From assembly GCA_963816185.1 (NCBI GenBank), contig CAWFJJ010000030.1, forward strand, positions 416,001 through 480,000: DNA of 64,000 nt, read 5' to 3'. This DNA comes from Thermoanaerobaculia bacterium (GTDB lineage Bacteria > Acidobacteriota > Thermoanaerobaculia > UBA5066). Below the pieces are notes generated by a model that saw only the letters and a program-made list of their open reading frames with translations, was not told the origin of the DNA and did not search any database. Positions 10,588-19,697 of the stretch are shown here, piece by piece (position 1 is the first letter of the stretch; each line of letters begins with the position of its first letter). A program made the position numbers and the translations under genes.

Positions 10588-11451
10588 TCAGCTCTTGGGA
10601 TCCTTCGAACCGAAGAACCGCCTCACCCGAGGCCAGAAGAGGTCGGGACGCTCGAGGTAGACGACGTGTCCCGAGCCCTCGATCTCTTCGTAGCGCGCGT
10701 GCGGAATGACGGCGGCGATCTTTCGCTGCTGGGAAGGGGGGATCGCGCGGTCCTCGGCGCCCGCGAGGACGAGCACCGGGCACGGGATCGCAGCGTAGCC
10801 GGGCGCATTCGCTTCGAGAGACGCGAAGAACGGGTCCTGCGCCTCGGTGAGACGCACGAGCGCCTCGATGCGATCCCGGTAGCGGTCGCGGAAGTTGCCA
10901 CGCATCGACTCGAGCTTCTCCCCGACGCGCGTCACGAACACCTCGCCGAAGATCTTCTCGTAGAGGTATCGGGTGTAGAGGTCGAAGAGGTCCGGTCCGC
11001 CCCGGTAGAAGCGCAGCGACAGGTCCTGGTACATCGAGAACAGCGTCTCTTTCGTGAGCAGGATTCCCGAGAGCGTGAGCGTGTGCAGCCGGTCGCCGTG
11101 GAGACGCCCGAAGTCCGCAGCGACGAAGCCCCCGTACGACACCCCGACCGCGTGGAGGCGGCCGAGAGCCGCGCAGTCGAGGATTCCCGCGAGCGCGTCG
11201 GCGAACGCGGGAATCGCTCCTCCACGCACCTCGGCGTCGTCGGACGAACCCTGCCCGAGGTAGTCGAAGAGGAGGACGTCATACGTGGGCGTCAGCTCCG
11301 GAAGGAAGGAGAGCCAGCTCTTCGTCGACATTGCGAGGCCGTTCAGGAGGCAGACCGTCTCGCGCCCGCCCGTGCCGTGCAGCTCCCAGTGATAGGCGTG
11401 GCCGCCGGAGACGTGGCGGCCTTCCCGGAGCTGAGGCGCGGCGGCGCTCAA
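10588..11451 (-). CDS. Alpha/beta hydrolase
   Basis: LNGL, DYLGQGSS, nucleophile elbow GVSYGG, GAEDRAIP, GSGHVV; TTG start overlapping the upstream stop. Confidence 0.88.
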   Translation of the reverse strand: MSAAAPQLREGRHVSGGHAYHWELHGTGGRETVCLLNGLAMSTKSWLSFLPELTPTYDVLLFDYLGQGSSDDAEVRGGAIPAFADALAGILDCAALGRLHAVGVSYGGFVAADFGRLHGDRLHTLTLSGILLTKETLFSMYQDLSLRFYRGGPDLFDLYTRYLYEKIFGEVFVTRVGEKLESMRGNFRDRYRDRIEALVRLTEAQDPFFASLEANAPGYAAIPCPVLVLAGAEDRAIPPSQQRKIAAVIPHARYEEIEGSGHVVYLERPDLFWPRVRRFFGSKDPKS

Positions 11452-12278
11452 CGCATGCCCGCGGGGTGGGCTTCCCCCGCGGTCCGCTCGAGGAACCTCT
11501 CGGCGATGTGGAGGAACTCGCCTTCCCTTTCCACACTCACGGCGTGCCCGGCGCCGGGCACGACCACGAGGTCCGCACCCGGAATCGCGCGGGCCACCGC
11601 CTCCGTGCGCCCGAGCGGCATCGCGGAGTCGTGCTCCGCGGCGACGACGAGAACCGGGCAGCTGATCTTCGAAAGGTACGGCTTGAGGTCCACCGTCACG
11701 AGCGCCCGGAGCAACCCGTCCAGGCCGGCGAACCATGCTTGCGGCAGGAGGCCGACCTGCCCCCGCCGGGCCGCGAGCTCGTCCCGGTGGGCTTCCTGCC
11801 ACGCGGGCGAATACGCGATCGCCACGATCTGGTCGTAGACCTTCGTCCGATCGCCTCCCGCGAGGGCCTCCCTCACGGCGGCCGCCAACGCCTCGCTCCC
11901 CTCGCCCATGCTCCCGTCGACGGCGTCGGTGACGGTGGCGGCCAGGACCGACGTGACGCGCCCGGGATGGAGCGCCGCGAGGAGAAGGCCGACGTACGCG
12001 CCGAACGAGGCGGCGACGACGTCCACGCGGGGGATCGACAGAGCATCGAGGAGCCGGACGAGATCCTCCGCGTGACCTTCCATGCGCTCGGGCGGAACCC
12101 CGGGCGAAAGGAGCTGACCCCGGAAGTCGCATCGGATGACGCGGTGGCGTTCGGCGAGCCGCCTCGCGACGGGCTCCCAGGCGCCGAAGGACATCATGCC
12201 GCCGTTCAGAAGCAGCAGAGGGCGACCCTCTCCGTCGACGCGGTGAGCCAGCCCTCCGGAAGCCCCCGCCGCGCTCAT
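11448..12278 (-). CDS. Alpha/beta hydrolase (PcaD-like fold)
   Basis: LLNGG, DFRGQLLS, AASFGA elbow, HDSAMP, GAGHAV. Confidence 0.88.
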   Translation of the reverse strand: MSAAGASGGLAHRVDGEGRPLLLLNGGMMSFGAWEPVARRLAERHRVIRCDFRGQLLSPGVPPERMEGHAEDLVRLLDALSIPRVDVVAASFGAYVGLLLAALHPGRVTSVLAATVTDAVDGSMGEGSEALAAAVREALAGGDRTKVYDQIVAIAYSPAWQEAHRDELAARRGQVGLLPQAWFAGLDGLLRALVTVDLKPYLSKISCPVLVVAAEHDSAMPLGRTEAVARAIPGADLVVVPGAGHAVSVEREGEFLHIAERFLERTAGEAHPAGMR

Positions 12279-12284
12279 TTCGAA

Positions 12285-14036
12285 TCAGTCCGAAGACGAA
12301 GAAGAAGAGAAAGACGAAGACTTCTTAGAAAGGTAAGAGGAGAGGAGGTCCCCCTTGACGACTTTCCCGTAGGGCGTGCGCGGGAGGCTCTCGACGAAGA
12401 CGAAATCCCGTGGGACCTTGTACTTCGCGAGGCGCGCCTCGACGAATGCGGCAAGCGCGCCGCCGCTTCGAAGAAATCCCCTTCGCCTTCCTCTTCCCCT
12501 TCAAGAAATCTTCTCTTCTCTTTCTTCTTTGCGGCGAACGACGAATGCGACGCCGACCTCTCCCCACTTCTCGTCCGGCACGCCGACGACCGCGACGTCC
12601 TTCACGCCCGCGTGCTGGAAGAGCACCCCTTCGACCTCGGCCGGATAGACGTTGACGCCGCCCGAGATGAACATGTCCTTCTTCCGGCCCGCGATCGTGT
12701 AGAAGCCGTCGGCGTCGCGCTTGGCGAGATCGCCCGTATGGAACCAGCCCTCCGCGTCGAGCGGCGGCGGCCGTGGCCTCGGGGTTCCGGAAATAGCCCT
12801 GGCAGACGTGAGGCCCGCGCAGGAGAAGCTCCCCGATCTCGTCCGTGCCCGCCTCGCGGCCGTCCTCGAGGAGGAGCCTCGCCTGAGTGAACATGAGCGG
12901 CTTGCCGATGGAGCCGGCCTTCCTCACGGATTCCTCGGCCGTCATCGCGAAACAGTTCACGCCCACTTCGGTCAGGCCGTAGCCCTGCTTCAGGACGACT
13001 CCTCGCGCCTGCCACGCCTCGATCAGATCGAGGGGCAGCGGAGCTCCCCCGCTGGCGAACCAGCGGACGCTCGAGAAGTCCGCGCCGGCGAATCCCTTCG
13101 CCTCGCGCAGCATCCGGAAGATCGTCGGAACGCCGAGCACGACGGTGCAGCGCTCGCGCGAGATGGTCGCGAGGATCTCTTCCGCGTCGAAGCCGGCGTG
13201 CAGCACGATGGTCCCGCCGATCGCGAAAATCGGCGTGAGGAACGCACCGAGCCCGCCTGCGTGGTAGAGCGGCGTGAAGATCGGGCTGACGTCGTCCTCG
13301 CGGAGCTGCCAGGAGACGGCGGTGTTCACCGCGTTCCATGCCACCATGCGGTGCGGCACCATCACGCCCTTCGGCTTGCCGGTCGTGCCCGAGGTATAGA
13401 GAAGGCAATAGAGATCCTCGGGCGACGGGACGAGAGAAGACGAAGATTCTGCAGCGGCGCCGGTAGGCGCCGCTGGAAGAGGAAGAGAGACGGAACAGAG
13501 GATTTCTTCGAAGGTGAATGAAGGAGAGTGCGCGCCCGCCGGCGGTGCGGTTGGCGCGGCCGGGGAGTCAAGTGCCGCGCCTTTCGAATCTCTTACCCTT
13601 CTAAGCAGGTCCTCTTCGGACCTCCCGGCGCGCTCCGCCGGCTCGTCGAGCGCGACGGGTTCCCGTGTTCCCCTTTTCTAAGCAAATCTCTGACCTTCTC
13701 TTCGAACCCGGCTCCGTAGATCAAGGCCTTCGGCTGCGCGTCTTCGAGGATTCCCGCAAGCTCCCCCGCCGTCTGCCGCGTGTTGAGCGGCACGAGCACG
13801 ATGCCCGTCTTGGCGCACGCGAAGAAGACGTCGAGGAACTCGACGCGGTTGTGGGCGAGAAGCGCGACCCGGTCGCCTTTCCTCAGGCCGAGGCCTTCGG
13901 TGAGCGCACGCGCCGCCGCTTTCGCGCGGGCATCCATCTCCGAGTAAGAGAACCGCCGCCCGGTTGCGACCTCGACGAGCGCCGTCTTGGACGGTGCGAG
14001 GCGCGAGCGCTCGCCGAGGACGTCGCCGGAAATCAC
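12285..14036 (-). CDS. Acyl-CoA ligase (AMP-binding, FadD/MenE-like); frame-disrupted in this sequence
   Basis: Pieces in different frames: GLRKGDRVALLAHN, LLYTSGTTGKPKG, QGYGLTE, GWFHTGD, GRKKDMFISGGVNVYPAEVE, LAKYKVPR, LPRTPYGKV; disruptions near 13660, 12770 and 12450-12520. Confidence 0.85.
12319..12510. repeat. Cluster 3 of dispersed motif with purine-rich low-complexity flanks
   Basis: Reverse gacttcttagaaaggtaag (12319-12337); forward cttcgaagaaatc (12466-12478) and ttccccttcaagaaatc (12494-12510). Confidence 0.7.
13501..13688. repeat. Cluster 4 of dispersed motif
   Basis: Reverse gatttcttcgaaggtgaat (13501-13519); forward ttacccttctaagcaggtc (13593-13611) and ttccccttttctaagcaaatc (13668-13688). 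Confidence 0.75.
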
Positions 14037-15007
14037 GGCGTCGGAGCCGCAGCGCGGGCGGGCGCGGCGACCGGCGGCGCCGAGACCGTCGGCGCCTGGA
14101 GGGGATCTTTGAGGACCTTCAGGAGCGCCTCCGTGAACCGGTCCGCACACTCGACTTGCGGGGCGTGACCGCAACGGTCGATCGTCGTGAGCCGCGCAGC
14201 GGGGAGCTGCGCGGCGAGGCGCTCGGCGTAAGCGATGGAGACGAGCTTGTCCGACGCGCCCCAGAGAAGGTCTACGGGCACGTCGAAGCCCGCGAGCTTC
14301 CCGTCGAGGAGGTACGCGCTCATGCTCTTCGATCCCGCCGCCAGCCGCCCGAGCGGCCCGGTCGCGGCGAGGCGGATGATGTCGTCGACGACGAAATCCG
14401 GAACCATCGGGGACGACGGGTCGCGCAGGGCCTGGAGCGTCCGGTCCGCCTCCGCGCGGTTCTTCGGCTGGAGCGTGAGGTCCGGCCGGTCGCCGAGGAG
14501 CGGCCCTCCGTTCACGAGAACGAGGTGCTCAACTCTCTCCTGGTGCTCGTTCGCCCACACGGTCGCAACCCAGGCGCCGAGCGAGTTCCCGACGAGCGTG
14601 ACCTTCCCGGCAGGGACCTCCCGCGCGAGGACGCCGTCGAGCCCCTGGAGGAGGACCCCGAGCGGCAGCGGACCGAGCGCCGGAGCGCTCTCGCCGTGAC
14701 CGGCGAGGTCGGGAACGATCAGAGTGAAGCTTCTCGCGAGGGACGGCGCCACGCCCGCCCACGTTCCCGCCTGGTCGCCCGCTCCGTGAAGCAGAACGAC
14801 CACGGGTCCGGAGCCGCCGCGGAAGACGCTTTGCAGCCCCACCGCCGACTCCACCTGGTGCTTCGAGCACCCCGCAGCCTCGAGACGGCGCCGGCCCCAC
14901 CATGCGAGCACGGCGATCGGCCTCTTCCAGAAGAGGATTCCGCCTGCCGCGACCAGGAGGACCACGAGAGCGACGGGTGCGAGGATGACCTTCGCGGCGC
15001 GCGACAC
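14033..15007 (-). CDS. Exported or membrane-anchored alpha/beta hydrolase
   Basis: N-terminal hydrophobic helix; LLHGAG, PDLAGHGES, GNSLGA, WGASDKL, CGHAPQ. Confidence 0.88.
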   Translation of the reverse strand: MSRAAKVILAPVALVVLLVAAGGILFWKRPIAVLAWWGRRRLEAAGCSKHQVESAVGLQSVFRGGSGPVVVLLHGAGDQAGTWAGVAPSLARSFTLIVPDLAGHGESAPALGPLPLGVLLQGLDGVLAREVPAGKVTLVGNSLGAWVATVWANEHQERVEHLVLVNGGPLLGDRPDLTLQPKNRAEADRTLQALRDPSSPMVPDFVVDDIIRLAATGPLGRLAAGSKSMSAYLLDGKLAGFDVPVDLLWGASDKLVSIAYAERLAAQLPAARLTTIDRCGHAPQVECADRFTEALLKVLKDPLQAPTVSAPPVAAPARAAAPTP

Positions 15008-15020
15008 GATTCCCCGAAGA

Positions 15021-16025
15021 CTAGACCATGCGAAAGGCGGCGCCCGCCATGTTGTAGCCCACGCCGGACGCCACGAACACGACGAGGTCGCCGGGCCTGA
15101 CCTTCCCGGCGGCGCGGGCGTCGTCGAACGCCATCGCGACGCTCGCGGAGCCCGTGTAGCCCCACTTCTCCATCACCATGTGCGTCCTCTCCATCGGCAA
15201 GCCGAGATCCTTCATGACGAGCTCGATCGTCGGCTTTCGCACCTGCGTCAGGAGGAGCATGTCGATGTCGGAGACGGCAAAACCGCCGTCGGCGGCCATC
15301 TGGCGCACGAGCTTCGGCCAGCCCTCGTTGTTGAGCTCGGGCGGGTAGCGCTCGACGAGCTTGACCGTCGTTCGGCCTGCGCGCACCGCCTCTTCGCTCG
15401 CCGGCTCGGCCGTGCCGCCGGAGAAGATCGCCCAGTTGCGGTTGTACGACCCGTCCGCGCGGAAGCCCGACGCCACGAAGCCGGGTTCCCCGGAGGGCTC
15501 GAGCACGGCCGCGCCCGCGCCGTCCCCGAAGAAGAAGATCATCGGGTCCTTCGGGTCCGTGAGCTTGTGCATCATGTACGCGCCGATCGCGACGACCGTC
15601 TTGAGCGACTTGTTCGTCGCGATGAGACCGGCCGCCGTCGCGAGGCATGTCGGAAAGGACGCGCAAGCGCAGCCGACATCGAACGTCCCGGCGTTCTTCG
15701 CGCCGAGCTTGTGCTGGACGACGACCGACGTGGCGGGCGTGATGAAGTCCGGCGAGTCGGTGCCGAGGAGGATGAGGTCGACGTCGAGGGGCGTCTTCCC
15801 CGCCGCGTCGAGCGCCTTTCGTGCCGCCCGGACCGCGAGATCGGACGTCGCCCAGTCGGGTGGCGCATACCAGCGCGTCTTGATCCCGCTGCCGGCCTCC
15901 ATCTTGTCGACGAATTCGGGAACCGCCGCATCGAAGCGGGCCCGGAGCGCGTCGTTCGACACCTCGATCTCCGGCACGTAGGCGCCGGTCGACACGATGC
16001 GCGCGTGGCGGCCGTTCGCGGTCAA
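15021..16025 (-). CDS. 3-oxoacyl-ACP synthase III-like (FabH fold) with atypical active site
   Basis: IVSTGAYVP, SGIKTR, FDVGCACASF, FGDGAGA, ASGVG; HQAN replaced by TQVR and GNT by GYT. Confidence 0.85.
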   Translation of the reverse strand: MTANGRHARIVSTGAYVPEIEVSNDALRARFDAAVPEFVDKMEAGSGIKTRWYAPPDWATSDLAVRAARKALDAAGKTPLDVDLILLGTDSPDFITPATSVVVQHKLGAKNAGTFDVGCACASFPTCLATAAGLIATNKSLKTVVAIGAYMMHKLTDPKDPMIFFFGDGAGAAVLEPSGEPGFVASGFRADGSYNRNWAIFSGGTAEPASEEAVRAGRTTVKLVERYPPELNNEGWPKLVRQMAADGGFAVSDIDMLLLTQVRKPTIELVMKDLGLPMERTHMVMEKWGYTGSASVAMAFDDARAAGKVRPGDLVVFVASGVGYNMAGAAFRMV

Positions 16026-16792
16026 GTCCCCACCACGAGCCCGCCGTCGACCGAGAGGGTCGTGCCGTGCACGAACGCAGCCGCGTCGGATGCGAGCCAG
16101 AAGTAGGCCTCGGCGATGTCTTCCGGCCTGCCCATCCGGCCCAGAGGCGTCCTCGCCACCATGCCCGCGATGACCTTCTCGGGCATGGCCTTCAGGATCT
16201 CCGTCGCGATGAAGCCCGGGGCCACGGCGTTCACGCGCACACCGAACTTTCCGAGCTCGCGCGCCCAGGTCCGCGTCATCGCGATGACGCCCGCTTTCGT
16301 GGCGGTGTAGTTCGTCTGGCCGAAGTTGCCGTAAAGGCCCACGACGGACGACGCGTTCACGACGACGCCCGCGCCCTGCCGGATCATCTGCGGAGCCGCG
16401 GCGCGAGTGCAGAGGAAGACCCCTTTGAGATTCACCGAGACGACCTTGTCGAAGTCGGCCTCCGACATGGTCGAGACGGGCGCCCCGTCCTTCCATTTCA
16501 CGAGCTGGGCGTCGCGGACGATGCCCGCGTTGTTCACGAGGACGTCGAGCCGCGAGAAGCGCGCGACGACTCCGGCCACGGCGCTCTCCACGCCCGCGGC
16601 GTCCGTGACGTCGACTCTGCGGCCTTCGGCGTCCGGCGCGCCCGCGGCCTTGAGCTCGTCGGTGAGCGCCGCAACGCCCTTTTCATCCACGTCCCAGGCG
16701 GACACGATCGCGCCGCCCCGCGCGAAACGGAGGGCCGTGGCGCGGCCGATGCCGGCCGCGCCGCCCGTGACGACGACGACGCGCGCGCTCAG
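16022..16792 (-). CDS. fabG: 3-oxoacyl-(ACP/CoA) reductase, SDR family; probable CTG start
   Basis: VTGGAAGIG, VNNAGIVRD, ASSVVGLYGNFGQTNYTATKAG, VNAVAPGFI, TPLGRMG. Confidence 0.85.
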   Translation of the reverse strand: MSARVVVVTGGAAGIGRATALRFARGGAIVSAWDVDEKGVAALTDELKAAGAPDAEGRRVDVTDAAGVESAVAGVVARFSRLDVLVNNAGIVRDAQLVKWKDGAPVSTMSEADFDKVVSVNLKGVFLCTRAAAPQMIRQGAGVVVNASSVVGLYGNFGQTNYTATKAGVIAMTRTWARELGKFGVRVNAVAPGFIATEILKAMPEKVIAGMVARTPLGRMGRPEDIAEAYFWLASDAAAFVHGTTLSVDGGLVVGT

Positions 16793-19587
16793 AACGACAC
16801 CCTCACGCCGAGCTGGACTTCACGCGACGGCAGCGTCGCCGAGAAGTTGCCGTAGTTGGGATTCGGCTTGTATGCGGCCGCCGGATTCGTGAGCGTCGGC
16901 CCGGAGATGAACTGCGCGTTGTCGATGCTCGTGACGTCGTAGTTCACGGTGTTGAAGAGGTTGAAGACTTCGGCGATGACGTCGACGCTGATCCCGGAGA
17001 GGGGCACCGCCTTGGCGACCCTGAGGTTCAGGCTGCTGTAGCGCGGCCCGTCCTGCCCGAAGCGGTCCACGCCCGGCAGGCGGTCGCCGGTCTTCCCGTC
17101 GCCGTTGAAGTCGTAGCCGAGCCGCTGCGTCCAGGGCTGGCCGGTGCCGTATTCGAAGACCGGCGCGACCGAGATCTGCCACGGCAGCCGGGCCACGCCC
17201 GACACCACGATGCGCACGCGCTCGTACGACCGGGCCCGCCCGTATTCGGCGTCCATGTTCGCCGGATCGCTCGGGTAGCCCGTCGGGAACTCGGGGCTGA
17301 AGTCGTCGTTCACGTTGTGCTTGCTCGCGAACGTGACCGACGCCGTGACGACGTGGCCGCCCCGGATGTTTCCGTTCAGGCTGAAGACCACGGCCTTGTA
17401 CTCGGACCGGCCGTCGTTCGTGTACTCGTTGACCTGGTCGTACGCCGTGATCGGGCGGATGTGCGTGGCGTTGCCGCTCCAGTTCACGTCGCGGACCGCG
17501 ATCTCGTCGCGGCCTTTCATGTAGACGCCCTCGACGTCCGCGAAAAGGCCCGTCCTCCCGAGGCGCGTCGTGAAGCCGAGAGTCGCCTGCGTGGACTGCG
17601 GCGCCTTCAGCTCGGGCGCGAGGAGCCCGATCGCGGGCTTGGACCTGATTCCGGTGTTCTGCGGGTTGTTTGGATCGAGCGTGAACTGCGGGAAGCCGAG
17701 CAGCGCTCCGTTCGCGTTCGTGTACGTGATGCGGCCCGTGATGCCGTTCTGCTGGAGCTCGGTGAAGAGCGGGACCAGCAGATAACGGCCCGTGAAGATT
17801 CCGGCGCCTCCGCGCGCGACGTACTGGCCGTTCCCGCCGATGTCGTACGAGAAGCCGAGGCGAGGCTGGATGTTCGTCGAATCCACCTTGCGCCCGTTGA
17901 TGCCGAGGACGGGCTGCTTGAAGTCCGGGTCGTTGGCGTTCGTGTCGAGGTCGTACCGCACCCCGAGACTCACGGAGAGGTTCGAGATCGGCTTCCAGTC
18001 GTCCTGAACGAACGCCGCGATCCGGTTCGTGTTCGCCGTGACGTCCGCGGAACCGACGCCGTAGAGGTACGCGAAGAGGAGGGCCTTCGTGTCCGTGAGG
18101 TAGTAGAAGAGCCCGGGCGAATAGACGTCGATGACGGACCGGTCCACGACGCGCTGGAACGCGGCGCCGATCTTCACGTCGTGCGTGCCCGTCTTGCCCC
18201 CGAGGTGGAGGTTGAACGTGTCGCGCAGCTCCCACTGGTCCCCGTCGCCGAGAAGGTCTCCGTAGAGGCTTCCGCCCGTCTGGAGCGTGTTGCCGCCCGA
18301 ATACCAGATGGTGGGAGACGTCGAGTTCGGGGGCTCGTCGTACTTGCGCTTCCCATACTGCGCGCGGAACTCGTTGACCGTCGTCGAGCCGAGGACCGCG
18401 GTGTCTCCGACGGTGATGTTGAGGTTGTCGCGGTTCAGCTCCTGCCCGTTCGACACGTCGGCCACGCCGCCGACGCGGAAGTTGTTCTCGCGATACCTTT
18501 CGTACTCGACCTTCGCCGTGAGCTGGTTCGAATCCGACAGCGTCTGGTCGATTCCCCCGTACGCGAGGGACTGGTGGAACGGGTGCTTGACGTCGGCGGC
18601 AAGCGACTTGAAAGCCCCTTGCGGCCTGAAGAGGATCGGCGTCGTGGAGTTGATCTGCTCGAACGACCCGAAGAAATGGGTTCGATCCATGACGATCGGT
18701 CCGCCCAGCGTGAAGCCGAACTGGTCGCGCTCGTAGGTGATGCTCGAGTCCTCCTCGAGGGCGCCTCGGGCGCGCAGCGAGTCGCCGCGGTAGAAACCGA
18801 AGAGCGACCCGGCGAACGTGTTCGTGCCGGTCTTCGTCAGGATCGACAGCGCGCCGCCCGACGAGCCGCCCACCTCGGCGTCGAAGCGGTTCGTCACGAC
18901 GCGGAACTCGGAGATCGCGTCCTGCGAGAACTTCGTCTTCGCGAGGCCGAGAGCGGGGTCCGTGAAGTCGACGCCGTCCACGAGGATCGTGGACTGGCTC
19001 GCGTTGCCGCCTCCGCCGATGACCGGGCCTCCCGACACGAAGCGGAACGCGCCGCGCTCGCGCTCGACGCCGGGCGCGATGAAGGCCAGCTTCTGGAAGT
19101 CGCGGTCGGGCGTCGGCAGGTCGCGGATCTGCTCGGGGGTGACGTTCGTGGAGGAGTCCGTCTTGTAGACGTCCACGAGCGGCACCGTCGCGACGACGCT
19201 CACCGTCTCGCTCCTCTTGCCCTGCAGCGTCGCGCTGACGCGCGCGCTCTGGCCGACGAGGAGGACGATGCCCTTCTGCTCGACGGTCTCGAAGCCCGCG
19301 AGCCTCACGGCGACGTCGTACGTGCCGGGCGGCAGCGCGGCGAAGGACGCGATGCCGGCGCCTCCCGTGACCCCCGTGCGCGTCAGGCCCGTCTCCGGGC
19401 GCTTCACCTCGACGGTGACCCCGGGCAGCGGCCCTCCTGCGCCGTCGACGGCCACGACGTCGAGCGTCGCAGTCGCCGTCTGAGCGGCGACGGGGGGCGC
19501 CGCGAGGAACGCCGCGACGACCAGGACCAGGACGGCGGCCGGCGCGAGAAATCTCTTCGTGCTCGCAAACCTCTTGCGATTCACCAT
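16789..19587 (-). CDS. TonB-dependent receptor, Oar-like, with N-terminal carboxypeptidase-regulatory-like domain
   Basis: Signal peptide; GGPLPGVTV, plug AISEFRVVTNRFDAEVG, QFGFTLGGPI, FVQDDWK, GVRYD, QPRLGFSYD, EVFNLFN, terminal VRVSF. Confidence 0.93.
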   Translation of the reverse strand: MVNRKRFASTKRFLAPAAVLVLVVAAFLAAPPVAAQTATATLDVVAVDGAGGPLPGVTVEVKRPETGLTRTGVTGGAGIASFAALPPGTYDVAVRLAGFETVEQKGIVLLVGQSARVSATLQGKRSETVSVVATVPLVDVYKTDSSTNVTPEQIRDLPTPDRDFQKLAFIAPGVERERGAFRFVSGGPVIGGGGNASQSTILVDGVDFTDPALGLAKTKFSQDAISEFRVVTNRFDAEVGGSSGGALSILTKTGTNTFAGSLFGFYRGDSLRARGALEEDSSITYERDQFGFTLGGPIVMDRTHFFGSFEQINSTTPILFRPQGAFKSLAADVKHPFHQSLAYGGIDQTLSDSNQLTAKVEYERYRENNFRVGGVADVSNGQELNRDNLNITVGDTAVLGSTTVNEFRAQYGKRKYDEPPNSTSPTIWYSGGNTLQTGGSLYGDLLGDGDQWELRDTFNLHLGGKTGTHDVKIGAAFQRVVDRSVIDVYSPGLFYYLTDTKALLFAYLYGVGSADVTANTNRIAAFVQDDWKPISNLSVSLGVRYDLDTNANDPDFKQPVLGINGRKVDSTNIQPRLGFSYDIGGNGQYVARGGAGIFTGRYLLVPLFTELQQNGITGRITYTNANGALLGFPQFTLDPNNPQNTGIRSKPAIGLLAPELKAPQSTQATLGFTTRLGRTGLFADVEGVYMKGRDEIAVRDVNWSGNATHIRPITAYDQVNEYTNDGRSEYKAVVFSLNGNIRGGHVVTASVTFASKHNVNDDFSPEFPTGYPSDPANMDAEYGRARSYERVRIVVSGVARLPWQISVAPVFEYGTGQPWTQRLGYDFNGDGKTGDRLPGVDRFGQDGPRYSSLNLRVAKAVPLSGISVDVIAEVFNLFNTVNYDVTSIDNAQFISGPTLTNPAAAYKPNPNYGNFSATLPSREVQLGVRVSF

Positions 19588-19622
19588 GTCGTCCTCCTCG
19601 TTGCCGCGTGTGCGGCAAGATC

Positions 19623-19675
19623 CCGAACAGTCGGTATGTTTTTGTAAACTAGCGCCGATCGCGCCAGGGTGTCAA
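19623..19675 (-). promoter_or_regulatory. Sigma70-type promoter and candidate TetR operator for the TonB-receptor operon
   Basis: Minus strand TTGACA (19675-19670), 18 bp spacer, TAGTTT (19651-19646); inverted repeat CCGA-N4-TCGG at 19623-19634 just downstream. Confidence 0.5.
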
Positions 19676-19697
19676 GCGGAAGATGGGGAAAAGAGGA

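Noticed and set aside
12285-14036. Acyl-CoA ligase as a true pseudogene or programmed frameshift
   Set aside because: All catalytic motifs and operon coupling are intact, no canonical slippery site was seen, and similar indels occur in unrelated genes
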